The notes below the pieces were generated by a model. It worked only from the letters and a program-made list of their open reading frames with translations, searched no databases and was not told the origin of the DNA. A DNA stretch of 64,000 nt from assembly GCF_001194135.2 (NCBI RefSeq), contig NC_068984.1, positions 22,252,183 to 22,316,182 of the forward strand, in the 5' to 3' direction. Both the position numbers and the translations under genes were made by a program. Below, one piece after another: positions 26,582-39,928 of this stretch. Source of the stretch: Octopus bimaculoides. Taxonomy: Eukaryota. Within the stretch, counting starts at the first letter, position 1, and each line of letters opens with the position of its first letter.

Positions 26582-27799
26582 AATATAATTAATTACCGTT
26601 ATATTAGAGCGTATTTCTCGTCTTGCTCTAATAGTTTAAACTCCAGAATAGTTTTTAGGGCAAGGCTAGAAATAGTTTCAAACACACTCAGAGATTCAGA
26701 AATACTTTCCCTCACTCCCCACTCTTTCACACGCAGACACACATATGCGAATAAGCGCATAGTTACAAGGAATGCCTGAGAGAGTAGACGAATTATCCTT
26801 TTCCTATTCAGCAAAGAAAATTAATAGAAAATGAGAGAGACTATCGAATTACTGATATCTTGAAAAGCCAACATAAATCACAGTTCAGACTGAGTGTTGT
26901 TGAAAAGAGTTGTAAGTTCACTGCAGAACTTGTCCACTATCTTCTTGAAGCCATTTCACTTCATTTAATTGTTTCAGTAATAAATAAACATGTGTATGCC
27001 GAGCGGTGAGATCGAACGTAGAATGTATTTGATTAGAAGATGAACAAATATTGTGTCTATGTAATACAATATCACTGAAAGTGAAAGAAAGTTAGTCCAG
27101 AAGTTAACCCTATCAAACGTAGTAAAAGAAAATTTTTGAAGATGCTGGACTGTGAAATCGAACCTGGCGTCCCATGATTGTGCATCGAACGTCTTCGCCA
27201 TTTGGCGATTTCTCTGAAATTACTGTGTTAACAAAAAGTTTGTCCAGATGTTACCACCTTTTTTTCGAACACAAAAATTAAAATGAAACCAGCATAATAA
27301 AACTATCAACAACAACACCTCTTACATAATAGTAATCGATATTGTTTGTAACGTATTAACAAGATCGAATAACTTTTGGGAGACAGATGCAGTCAATCTA
27401 ACAACGCTAGATTAGATATTCTATTTTACTGAAATAGAAAGTCTATCACGATAAGATTTGAAATGCAAATATGAAGAGACGTGCTTGTATACCACCAGGT
27501 ATTGTAACGTTTCTGTCTTCTATCACTGTTTGAAACTCAATGATCCTGATAGCTTCTAATGTATGTACAGGATCACGCACGTGGAGGGAGAGTCAAGGTA
27601 GATTGTATCGACTTAAGTAGTTCAGGGGTACTTTTATTTTCTCGACTATGGTGGATTGAAAAGAAAAGTAAATTGATCTTGTCGGAATACGAAATCAGTA
27701 AAGTACAAGTAAATGCCACAAAGTATTAGTTCACTGTTCTACTGATTCTGCTAAATCGCCGTCACTACAACCACCACTGCTACTAATAGTAATTTAACA

Positions 27800-27942
27800 T
27801 TTTGGTAGAGGGCCATCAATTTTAGAAGGAGGTGAGTCAGTTGATTACACTGACCTCAATACTTGATTGGTGATTAATTTTATCGACCACGAAAGGATAA
27901 AAAGCAAAGCTGACTTCAGCGGGACTTGAACTCAAGATCTGA
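27800..27942 (-). mobile_element. SINE family A (older copy also at ~27580-27760)
   Basis: TTTTATCGACCACGAAAGGATAAAAAGCAAAGCTGAC..TTGAACTC. Confidence 0.7.
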
Positions 27943-28140
27943 AAAGTAGTTAATCTAGCTCCTTTTCTCGACTGCAGTATTTGAATATTACAAATTATCA
28001 ATACAGAAGGAATGAAATATATTTGAACTCAGAAAGTGATCATAAGTAACTGTGAAATGTGGAGATAGGAAAGAAATAAATATATTGTCTCTTAGCTGCC
28101 CAGTTTTAGTTAAGAAACAATACATTTAACAATATAACCG

Positions 28141-28450
28141 AATTGGGACTAACATACACTGGAAGCGATGTCAATATTATGAAATACCATCACAGGAGAG
28201 GTGATATAAGCATAAATAAAGGATTCATAGACTGGCGAAACGACCATCCTAGGAAATGTCAATATAAACATAAGGAAGATCACAGCTAATTTGTCTGATA
28301 TTGTTGTCAAGAGCTACCAGCAACGCAAGTGCTTCCTTATCAATACAAACAAATGATAATGGAGTAATTATCGAAATGTAAAAATATGGAAATAAAAATA
28401 ACAAATGTGAGAACTGAAAACAAGCAATCCCTTCAATAAAGGTTCCTTGC
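28141..28450 (+). mobile_element. Decayed R4/Dong-like (RLE-clade) LINE: zinc-knuckle/endonuclease region
   Basis: Translates to IGTNIHWKRCQYYEIP..*YKH, then TTIL...RKITANLSDIVVKSYQQRKCFLI (~IHWKLC..WYEH, TILWD..ANRPDIVVK...C.LID), then KCKNMEIKI. Confidence 0.7.
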
Positions 28451-28561
28451 TAATTATTAAGTTTTAAATGATAGAAATTTGGCCTCCAGATCTACTTGGC
28501 ACCATATATATATTACGTAAAGAACTTTCAGTAAAATAGGAACAACAAAACCGAAACGACT

Positions 28562-28767
28562 GATTTCAGCCAAGGTATACGGTAATGCAGTTGAAGTTTT
28601 GGGGAGGGAGTTAATCGATAATATTGTCCCCCGTGTCAACTGGTACTTATTTTATCGATTCCCGAAAAGATGAAAGCAAAGTCGACCTCGACGAATTTGA
28701 ACTCAGAACTGAAATACTGCTAAGTATTACGTCCTGCACGGCAACTATTCTGCCAGCTCACCGCCTT
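28562..28767 (-). mobile_element. SINE family A
   Basis: CAACTGGTACTTATTTTATCGA...GTCGACCTCG..ATTTGAACTCAGAAC...TTCTGCCAGCTCACCGCCTT. Confidence 0.85.
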
Positions 28768-29169
28768 AATAATAGTAATGATGATGATGAATTTTCTTTT
28801 ATTTGCTACAAGAACATCACACGAAGAAGGCATTACACTGACAGTCTACAATTTGTATGATGTTTTATGTGAGAGCAAGAGAATGATGAGATACAAAGTA
28901 CACATAAGATGCGAAGTATGTGATCACATGTGTGAGGTAATCAGTCCCCTTGATACAGAAGTGCCTTGAACTAGAGCAAATCGAGGAATCCCACAGATTA
29001 AGAATTGCCCTAACCACCAAACCCTCCCCTATCTGTTGTTTTCTAATCAACAGGCGAAAGCTTCAAATTATTTTATCTACTTTTCCCACATTCACATAGA
29101 ATTCTATGAAAGATTGAGATTTTGAGGTGACTTAACAAACATCAAAACAATATCCCTATTAATTAACGT

Positions 29170-29255
29170 AGCCGGTAATAATAATAATAATGATAATAAT
29201 AATAATTATTATTATTATTACAATAAAAGAAATCAACAAGTAGATGTATATCACG

Positions 29256-29324
<69 letters not shown>

Positions 29325-29333
29325 AAGAGAGAG
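29170..29333. repeat. (AAT/ATT)n followed by (AG)n
   Basis: Direct read. Confidence 0.95.
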
Positions 29334-29500
29334 ATTTTGGAGTTGTAAAATAAGTGAGTTCGTACGTATTATCATTGGAGCCTTAGGAATGACAGGGAAG
29401 AAGTTCATGGAATGGACAGAAAAGATTGGGTTGCTGAATCACATAGACTACATGCAGCTGGAACAGCGAAGATAATTCAAAAGTTCTTTGATGGCTGACG
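29332..29500 (+). mobile_element. 3' end of a second R4/Dong-like RLE LINE
   Basis: RFWSCKISEFVRIIIGALGMTGKKFMEWTEKIG...(frameshift) AGTAKIIQKFFDG* matches the RLE C-terminal RLW...VPIIIGALG...LGTARILRK pattern. It abuts an (AG)n tract. Confidence 0.75.
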
Positions 29501-29932
29501 TTACAGGTGATGACTTGTTATCTAACAGTAAACCCACCTCAATTCCATTGTAAAGGTGGGGATACAAAGCATTTTGAAATAACAATAATTATATCATTAC
29601 TGGGCTCAAACGCTGCAAAATCATTTGGGACGATATAAAGAAAGGACAGTTGGAATTTCCATAAACACGTGTAAACAATAAAATCAGTAGCAATTAACAA
29701 GATAATTATAACAACTAAATTTCCTAACACGAGAGAAACGCCACCCAGCGGCGACAAGGAACCCAACAGATCCCAAGTCACTTTGATCAACAGGATTACC
29801 ATGGGAAGTGCCTCTTCTTTCCTCTGTACTTTTCAGCCAACTCATGTTTACGGTAGGTCCTTTCATTCAAGTCGTTCTCGCTACATTCATCCAACATTTT
29901 ACAGATTTAATGGGGTGTAATAATAACAATAA

Positions 29933-30391
29933 GTCTTTTTTACTATAGGCACAAGGCCTGAAATTTTGGGGAAGGGGACAAGTCGATTACATCGATCGCA
30001 GTGTTTCACTGGTACTTAATTTACTGACCCCGAAAGGATGAAAAGCAAAGTCGACCGCAGCGGAATTTGAACTCGAAAGGTGAAGACGGACGAAATGCAG
30101 CTAAGCATTTCGCTCGGAGTAATGACGAGTCTACCAGTTCGCATAATAATAATAATAACAACAACAACAATAATAATAATGGTTTCAAATTTTGTTACAA
30201 GGGCAGCAATTTTGGGGGAGGGGATGAGTCGATTACATTGAGCCCAGTGTTCAACTGGTTCTTATTTTATCGACCTCCGAAAGGATGAAAGGTGAAGTTG
30301 ACCTCGGTGGAATTTGAACTCAGAACAGCGCGACGGGTGAAATACTTGTAATCATTTCGTCTAGCGCGCTAACAATTCTACCAGCTCGTAG

Positions 30392-30426
<35 letters not shown>

Positions 30427-30460
30427 TTTCAAATTTTGGCATAGGGCTACGCACTTCAGT
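29933..30460 (-). mobile_element. Head-to-tail stack of 2 full + 1 partial SINE family A copies joined by (AAT)n
   Basis: Copies at ~29933-30142, 30181-30390 and 30425-30460, with (AAT/AAC)n spacers. Confidence 0.85.
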
Positions 30461-31585
30461 GAAAGTTGTTAGGAATTCATAAGGATCATTGTAATTGAAG
30501 ATAGTCATTCTTTTAATGTAGACACTAGGACACAAAATTCGGCAAATTCTGATTCCACGGACAAACGATATTGTGTTGAAGAAGTGATACAGTGGCCCGC
30601 AGATAGATAAAAGCCAAAGTTAATTGTTGCATGGTTTGAACTTATAGTGTAATACGTAATATATCTACTAGTAAGTGCAAAACATTTTGTCAAGTATGTT
30701 ACCATTTCTACAGAGTTGATAATTTATTGCATTAGCACAAGATTCTATATTAGTTGCCGTCGCACATAGATTGTATAGACTTCAGAATTTATTGTTGCAG
30801 CTGCTGCTGCTTTTGCTTAGCTCCAGATAAGCCCTGATCGAATTGGCCTACGTTCAAAGATATTCCAGCCGTGAGCGTTTTGCATATTTATGTTTACTTC
30901 CTAAGATGGTAGGGTATGATTTGTGCAAAACCCGGCGACTGTTTCAAGTACACAGAGCCAGGCCATTGATTTGAATGGTATATATTGACTTAACAGATTG
31001 GGAGCGTCAAAGTTTCGTCTTGGACGGATTTTAAATAATAATATAAAGAAACGGAACTAATCAAATAATTAAATAATTTAGACCCATGTCCTTCACCTTA
31101 TAGTGTCAAAGGTTACTATGATGATGATGATGATGATGATGACGACGACGACAATGATGACAACAATAATGATGATGATAATGATTTCTACTCTCAAGAT
31201 GCGATGATACTTCAATTCATTCCCCTGGGGCACACGCCAGAGATGTGATGAGCAAATGAAAGGGTTTCTACTTGACCCTTATTCCTGCAAGAAATAGCTA
31301 CCCAAATATTCTCAAAACACAGAATAAACGGCTACAGTTTTTATTAAAAGGGACAATTCGCACAGGTTGGTGCGGGATCGAGCACACCATGGTCGAACGA
31401 AAGACAGGATGATCTAGGTGGGAATTACTTTAGTTAAAGTTATGCTCCGTCAGAGCATTCCTAGTACGAAACAACAAGGGTTAACTAGTTTACTATGATG
31501 TATATATTGCATTCACTGTCAATAAAAACGTTCCAAGAGGGAATCGAAATCAGTTCGTGGTTTCACCTCACCAAAATCATCCACT

Positions 31586-31586
<1 letters not shown>

Positions 31587-31653
<67 letters not shown>

Positions 31654-31657
31654 TGTG
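31587..31657. repeat. (GT)n
   Basis: Direct read. Confidence 0.95.
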
Positions 31658-31869
31658 TTTACAGACTCAATCTTATAGAAGTAACGGAGACAAATTCTAA
31701 AATCTTAACCGTGGTCTGAAGCAAGTAATTCTAAAAACTTAACCACAGGATAAAATCTTTATGTATATAGTATTATAATATAGTGCAAAAAATAAAAATG
31801 GGATTGTCACGGCTGGAATACTCCTGGCCAAAGGACTAACGAGGCGCTAAGTAACTACAACCGAAACAA

Positions 31870-32865
31870 AAATAATAACAGTTTCTGACATAAGCACAAG
31901 GCCACGCGTGTAATCAATTAAATCGATACAGGATTTGGACTGTTGCTTTAATTTATCGATTTATAAATGATCAAAGATAGATTCTATCTTGTACAGGATT
32001 TGAACTCAGAACGAGAAATGAGATAATCAAGTACCACAAGGCATTTTTGTCTATCTGAGGCTTTTGCAATTCTATACCCCTCCCGTTGCGTTTTATCAGC
32101 AATAACAAAATAATACTTTCTTGTTTTGGCACAAGGCCTGCAATTTTGTAGGTGGGGTATTTCGATTACTTCAACCCCAGTGCTCCACTGGTAGTTTTTT
32201 AACGGTCCCGAGAAGATGAAATGCAAAGTCCACCTGGACAGCATTTGAACTCAGAACGTAAAACAATATCAATAATAATAACTATAATAATAATGATTTC
32301 AAATATGGGCACGAAGACAGAAATTTCGGGGACGGAGGTAAGTAGATTACTTCGAACCCAGTACTCAACTGCTACTTATTTTATCGACCTCGACAGGATG
32401 AAAGGCAAAGTCGACTTCGGCGGAATTTGAACTCAGAACGTAAAGACCGAGAGAAACGCCGCTAACGAGTTTGTCCGGCGTGCTAACAATTCTGCCAGCT
32501 CGCCGCCTTAATAATAAATAACAATGATAATAATAATGGTTTCAAAACTCCTTTCTACTATAGGCACAGGGCCTGGAATTTGGAGTGGGGTGGGGGCTAG
32601 CCGATTTCATCGACCCCCCCCCCAGCACTCAACTGCTACTTATTTTATCCACCCCCGAAAGGATGAAAGGCTAAATCGACTTCGGTGGAATTTGAACTCA
32701 GAACGTAGAGTGGGATGAAAGGCATGCTAACAATTCTGCCAGCTCGCTACCTTAATAATAATATTAATAATCCTTTCTACTATAGGCACAAGGTCTGGAA
32801 ATTTGGGGGTGGAGAGCAGTCAATTACATTGACTCCAGTGCGTGATAGGTACTTAATTTAACGTC
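31870..32865 (-). mobile_element. Head-to-tail stack of about 5 SINE family A copies
   Basis: Copies at ~31870-32060, 32110-32260, 32295-32510, 32548-32755 and 32770-32865, all minus strand, mostly spaced by (AAT)n. Confidence 0.85.
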
Positions 32866-33456
32866 AACAATAATAACAACAGAATCCGTTCTTATATTTG
32901 ACGGGATAGTAATAGCTTGAGTCCCAACACTTGACTGTTACATATTTTATTAACCCTCAGATGAACTCGAGCCCCAGCTGGATACGAAGGGACGTCCAAA
33001 ACAATACATCAGCATACTCTACAAAGAGTTTTCAACAGCATTAACGGGTTAATCATAAAGCTGTCGATCAACCCACCAGAAATAACAACTAAATTCCTAA
33101 GAGTGCACCCTTTAGTTATTTTCACAGAAAACTAAATGATCTAGTCTAAGATAAAGTAATCTACTCGATTAATAAATATAAAACGAGTGTCGAGGCTAGA
33201 TTGTTTTGAGTAGTATGTGTACTCGATTAGGACTGGCCTGGGCCTAAACACTATTTAAGATAGTAACGAGGCCACACAATTTGGGAAGAAGGTTGAAATC
33301 GATTAAATCGATCTTCGTAGTTGATTATTATTTTCCTTTTATGGACTTCTGAGCAATATAAAGCGAATTGAACAGCAGCGGGATTTGAACTTAAGTTGTA
33401 AGACGCCGTAATGAAATACCACAAGGTACTTAAACGACTGTGTTATCTGCCGTTCT

Positions 33457-33489
<33 letters not shown>

Positions 33490-34301
33490 GCGATCCGACG
33501 GTGGATCGCTTGACCTGGTAGAAATAGCAGCTAAATTCCGGCAAAACACTGTACCGTTATAAATAAATAAATAAGGACGCGTTATATAATAATGTAGCTC
33601 TAGACACTTTTAAAAAGTTGGAATGGTCATAACTGGAATGCCTTAGATTTAAGTGAAACAAATGAGAGCTAATTTGGGAGCTAATCAGCAACAAGAGATA
33701 ATTAAGCCAAGGAGTCACCAGGATGTTTAACTTGATAGAAATGGTAACGAAATCTCCCTCGAATTACAATACTCTATCATGTTAAACAAGAACACAGTCG
33801 ATAATTTATCTGAGATGCACAATACCAAGAGAGAAGGTCGAGATGGCCATGGGTGGAAGGACTCTGATTATAGGTTTGTTCAGTGCGAGCTGACTTGGAG
33901 CAACGATGACAATATTTATGACAACAACCATCAAAAGTATAGAACAATAACTTCTATATCCCAGATACTGGGTAAGCAAAACAGAACACAATTATAAACG
34001 ACGAATGCACGAAGGCTATATAAATATGTGAATGATTAACGTGTATATTTGTCGAAGTGTATATTCGTATAGACGCATGTATGAATAATGAAGACACACA
34101 AACAGAGAGAGAGATAGGGAGAGAGAGAGGCGCGCGCGCGCACGCAGATGCATGCATATATGCATTGCTTTATGTGCCGCGGGGACGCACTTCAGACTAA
34201 TGAAATAACTATACTCTGGTATTTATGCGTATACGCAATGTCACAAACGCGTGTACATGCATGATCGCAGACGCTCACAACTCCTACACAAGCATGTGTG
34301 T

Positions 34302-34334
<33 letters not shown>

Positions 34335-34585
34335 CATATATAAACACACATTCTTACATAATACATTTATGTACACGTACTCAGACACACATACACAAAA
34401 AGCAATTTGTATAAAAATACAGACTCAAATATACATGCATATATACATAAACTTATGCCCCTCTCAGTGCATATATTATACAGAATACATCTATTCACCT
34501 ATCGATCAATCCATCTATGCCTATGGCCATATAACACACTATCCATATAACACACTATCCATATAACACACACACACACACACAC

Positions 34586-34648
<63 letters not shown>

Positions 34649-35633
34649 TACACACATATATATGAACGAAAGCACACACACACACACATTAATATCAAAA
34701 ACTTTTTCAAGAATACTTACGTTTCTAGAAGTAGATCCGTCCACCTGTAAGTTCCGTTCGTTTTAGTATAATAATGTATCACTAACTTATTATTTTTGTT
34801 ATTATTATTATCTCTATTAATATACTACTATTATTATTATTACTAATTTCCGATTTTTAAAAAATTCTTTTTTTTTTTGGGGGGGGGGTTCCTGCTACTA
34901 TTTCAGCTAATCGATGTTATCAAAAATATTATTTGTTTCCTTGGATAAAACGTGTAACTTTCCGCTGTTTTATTTTATCGCGTCTTTTTAAGACCCAAAT
35001 TTGTTCGTGTGTTTTGGAGGCGCGTATGTATATATGTTTGTATGTCTTCATGTATGTATGTATGTATGTATGAATGGATGGATGGCTGGATAGATGTACG
35101 GATGGATGGATGGGTAGATGGATCTATATATAGATGTGCGCGTGTGAGACACTAAACTTCTGTAATATGTTGTGTATTTATTATTTACAAATATATATAT
35201 ATATATATATATAATACGTTTATTTTTTATTTATTTATGTAAACGTATTATATATGTAATATATTGTAAAACTGTAAATTTAACCGAAGATGAAATGTGC
35301 CCGTGTATGCGTTTCTCTTACTCTCTCACACTCTTTCTGGCTTTCGTTCTCTCTCCCTTTCTCTCTCTCTCATATATATATATCTTTATAAAAGCTTATG
35401 TATATGTAGGTATAGAGTTTATTTTACAATTAAAATGTAATTTAAAATAATTTTTACTTTTGTTATTTGTTCGTGTATGAGTGTGTGTATGCGCGTGTCC
35501 GTCCGTGCACGAGCGTCTGTTTGCTCAGGCGCGTGTACGATGTGCGTAAAAATTTGCGGTTTTATTGTATTCTTTGATGATTGATACAATATATGTGTGT
35601 ATATATATAAATATATATATATCTTTATCTTTG

Positions 35634-35673
<40 letters not shown>

Positions 35674-36960
35674 GTGTGTATGCGCGCGCTTGTCTGTGTG
35701 TATGCACGCGCACGTGTGAATACGGTATGTTTATGAAAAACAGCAGCTAAACGATGACACTAACAATAAATAACAAAACTAATAATAGTAATATTTGTAA
35801 TATTGATAATAATAATAATAATAATAATAATTATAACAAAAACAATAACAACAATACCAATAGCGATTCTAATAGTAATAATTAATAACAACAGCTGAGC
35901 TAAGCTGCCGTAGCAATAGTGAAAATACTAATATTACTACGAGTAGTAGTAGTAATAGCAGTGATAATAGTAGTAGTAGTAAATCCCTCGGTCGTCGGAG
36001 TTGGTTGTGGGTGTCACTTTCTCATATAGCAGCCATGTAGTGAGGAGAGCCTGCGTAAATCCATACAACGCCGAGAAACTAAAAGCGACTGACAGTATAA
36101 ACGTTTTCTTATGTACGTCTTTCTCTTTTGTGAACCTGTGTGAGTGTGTGTGCGCGCGGGTGCGTGCGAATGCGTGTGCCAAGTAGCTGTGCGTGCGCGA
36201 CCTCTCTCTCTGTGTGCGTGTGCGTGTGNNNNNNNNNNNNNNNNNNNNNNNNNNNNNNNNNNNNNNNNNNNNNNNNNNNNNNNNNNNNNNNNNNNNNNNN
36301 NNNNNNNNNNNNNNNNNNNNNNNNNNNNNNNNNNNNNNNNNNNNNNNNNNNNNNNNNNNNNNNNNNNNNNNNNNNNNNNNNNNNNNNNNNNNNNNNNNNN
36401 NNNNNNNNNNNNNNNNNNNNNNNNNNNNNNNNNNNNNNNNNNNNNNNNNNNNNNNNNNNNNNNNNNNNNNNNNNNNNNNNNNNNNNNNNNNNNNNNNNNN
36501 NNNNNNNNNNNNNNNNNNNNNNNNNNNNNNNNNNNNNNNNNNNNNNNNNNNNNNNNNNNNNNNNNNNNNNNNNNNNNNNNNNNNNTGTATGTTTATTTTA
36601 TGTGTGCGCACGTTTGTTCTTTTAAGTATGTGTGTGTGTGTGTGTGTGTGTGTGTAGTGGTGGTGGGAATGCTTGCCCTGTTGGTATTGGTTTTGCACCG
36701 TCTCTACTTTTCTTCTCCCTTTCGTTCCCGCATTTCTTTCGTCTTTCAGCTCACCAAATGAATCTAACCTTAACGTTTCTTTCTTGAACTTAGTACTATC
36801 TTCTATACGTTCATTTATCTATCTATCCATCCAACTATGTCAGTCTGTCTATTTTCAGCCAGCTCTCTCCGTCTCTCTCCAATATTATGTATGTATGTAT
36901 GTATGTATGTATGTATTATGTTCCCGTAAACTTGAGGTTCAAAACAAACAAAAAAACCCC

Positions 36961-37062
36961 CCATATAATACCAGGCTTAAAATAAGTATTGGGGCTAGTT
37001 TGTTTGCCTAAAATTTTTGGAGGCGGTACTCCAGTATGGCCACAGTCTAATGACTGAACGAA
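36961..37062 (+). mobile_element. SINE family B 3' fragment
   Basis: TACCAGGCTTAAAATAAGTATTGGGG...CTCCAGTATGGCCACAGTCTAATGACTGAA. Confidence 0.7.
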
Positions 37063-37090
37063 CAGCAATCAACACATATCTTCACCCCCA

Positions 37091-37176
37091 TCGTTACGAG
37101 TTATGCATTACCGCTTTTTAATGCAAATTGACTTCAGTCGTATTGAAAAGCGGTAACGCGTACCTTGGAGCAACGG
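37091..37176 (+). ncRNA. Candidate pri-miRNA hairpin
   Basis: 11-bp perfect core TTACCGCTTTT/AAAAGCGGTAA within a 17-bp helix, extended to about 30 bp with G-U pairs. Two 22-nt U-initial arms (37104-37125, 37141-37162) give 2-nt 3' overhangs and a 15-nt loop. Confidence 0.45.
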
Positions 37177-37741
37177 CGTTATATAATCTTAGTGTTAATT
37201 AATTAATAATAATACTCTTGGTATTGGGTACTTTTGCATTAAGTTTCAAATCTTTACAAGTTTTATCCTTACACATGTATACTTATATCTATGCTTGTAT
37301 ATATCATGTAGATGTATATAATATCATATACGTGTGTGTATGTGTGCATACATATATTTACACATGTACATATATATATTCGTTTATATAACTCAGACAT
37401 ACACACAAATATGTACAAATATATTATTTACATTTTTGGATTATATTTTACGATAAAATACAATATAGTATATATGATATGCAATGAAATAAAGGCACGC
37501 GCGCACGCACAGACACACACACACTCGTGCGTTTGTGTGTGCATGCTTGTGTAACCATGGTGCACTCCCAACTTCTCTTGTCTTTATTTACCGTTTTCTT
37601 TTCTCTGTTCACCTTTCTTTCTGTCTTTTCTTCTCTTTACATCATGTGTATTCAAAGCAGCAGGAAGATTAAATGAGAAAGAGAAAGCGGAGAGATATAG
37701 TAAGAGACTCAATGAGATGGAAACGGAGAGACAGACAGAGA

Positions 37742-37787
<46 letters not shown>

Positions 37788-38639
37788 GAGAGAGAGGGGG
37801 AGGAAAAGGAAAGAGATTACGAGGACGAGGATGAGAAAAGTAGTGGAGAGGGGTGGGCTGAGTGTATGTATGTACTTGTGTGTGTGTGAGCAAATACAGT
37901 CTTTAAAAAAACAAATTCAAACCCATACACACATAACATACAGAGTCAGACTTCCACAACACATGAAGTTCACTCCTCACCTCCTTCTCCTGTTGTTTGC
38001 TGTTATTTTTCCCACTACCTCTTTCTATTCTTCAACCTGCTTATATAAACATCACCAACTGAAACCTTTTCGTTTTAGTTTTTGCACGATCGACCTGTTA
38101 GTAATATAGTAGGCAAATCGCCCTCAATCAACACCAATACAATTTCGGGGTGAGGTTGGGGAATAAATATTAACAAGCAATTTTCTCTAAACAAAGAAAT
38201 GTGGTTGGGTAGAGGGCTACGGCTGGACTGCCTTGATCATAGTTCTGCTTAATGTGGCTTGATCTGGGACTAAACAAGGCCTGTGACGGTTACTGGATCG
38301 GCTAGAAATAACAGCCAAATCTCCCTCTAATCACATCAAAACATCTCAAAAAGAAGGACTAAGATACACTGGATGATGCGTCTTCCGATGCATAATAACC
38401 TTAACATTTTTGTTTCAGTATAAAGGAAAAGTAGGCGTGGCAGTGTGGTCAACGCTGGTATATTTCTGATTATAGATTTACTCACTCAAGCGTAGCCCGT
38501 GGCTAAACAGCAACAGCATCGCTTTCATTAATACACTCCATCCTCTACTTCCCGAGATTCGTTCTTACCAACGGTCGTATTGACACCGGACCGAAGAATC
38601 CGTCGTGTGTAGGCCATAGTTGCTAACTTGCTTTCTCTC

Positions 38640-38900
38640 TATTATATTACAGTTGCATGTTTTCTGCGTTTAACAGCAGCAGCAGCGACTAACTTCCTCA
38701 TAACAACAGCCCGCTCTTCACCACCACCATCACCACCACCTCGCTACGACGCCCCGCCAACCCTACCCTCGCCCCCTTTCTCTTCTATACTTTCACATCG
38801 CGCGTGTTCAGTCGCGCACGCGGTCTAAAACTGTGAACGTCGGGAGAAGAGGAATAAACGCGTGCTGCGTATTTGATGCTGCTATGCACAGGTGTTACAC
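38640..38900. promoter_or_regulatory. CpG-rich, promoter-like island
   Basis: Local GC/CpG enrichment, GC box GCCCCGCC (38751-38758), a pyrimidine tract and Inr-like TCAGTC (38808-38813). Direction cannot be determined. Confidence 0.3.
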
Positions 38901-39786
38901 ATGCATTTACGTAATCGAGAACACACACACACACACACACAGATATATTGAGGAATTCACATATTACCATTTGCCTTTGCACGCACACGCATACACTCAT
39001 AGCCACTCATACACATTTTGTACCTTAGTCAGTCAATCAAACCCGCTATCTATATATTGATATAAATAACTATCTCCATATTCACATCTNNNNNNNNNNN
39101 NNNNNNNNNNNNNNNNNNNNNNNNNNNNNNNNNNNNNNNNNNNNNNNNNNNNNNNNNNNNNNNNNNNNNNNNNNNNNNNNNNNNNNNNNNNNNNNNNNNN
39201 NNNNNNNNNNNNNNNNNNNNNNNNNNNNNNNNNNNNNNNNNNNNNNNNNNNNNNNNNNNNNNNNNNNNNNNNNNNNNNNNNNNNNNNNNNNNNNNNNNNN
39301 NNNNNNNNNNNNNNNNNNNNNNNNNNNNNNNNNNNNNNNNNNNNNNNNNNNNNNNNNNNNNNNNNNNNNNNNNNNNNNNNNNNNNNNNNNNNNNNNNNNN
39401 NNNNNNNNNNNNNNNNNNNNNNNNNNNNNNNNNNNNNNNNNNNNNNNNNNNNNNNNNNNNNNNNNNNNNNNNNNNNNNNNNNNNNNNNNNNNNNNNNNNN
39501 NNNNNNNNNNNNNNNNNNNNNNNNNNNNNNNNNNNNNNNNNNNNNNNNNNNNNNNNNNNNNNNNNNNNNNNNNNNNNNNNNNNNNNNNNNNNNNNNNNNN
39601 NNNNNNNNNNNNNNNNNNNNNNNNNNNNNNNNNNNNNNNNNNNNNNNNNNNNNNNNNNNNNNNNNNNNNNNNNNNNNNNNNNNNNNNNNNNNNNNNNNNN
39701 NNNNNNNNNNNNNNNNNNNNNNNNNNNNNNNNNNNNNNNNNNNNNNNNNNNNNNNNNNNNNNNNNNNNNNNNNNNNNNNNNNNNNN

Positions 39787-39829
<43 letters not shown>

Positions 39830-39897
39830 GACACACACACACACACATTTATTTACATGTATATGCGCATACACAGACATATAGCCACAAATGTATG

Positions 39898-39928
<31 letters not shown>

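Larger units (their letters stand above)
34100..37860. repeat. Dense compound microsatellite domain: (TA), (CA), (GATG), (TATG), (AAT), (AGT), (AG); includes a 16-bp CCATATAACACACTAT x~3 at 34527-34571
   Basis: Direct read. Confidence 0.9.

Noticed and set aside
29933-32865. Regularly recurring repeats with spacers that superficially resemble a CRISPR array
   Set aside because: The units are ~200-bp diverged SINEs separated by (AAT)n in a eukaryotic context; no cas genes.
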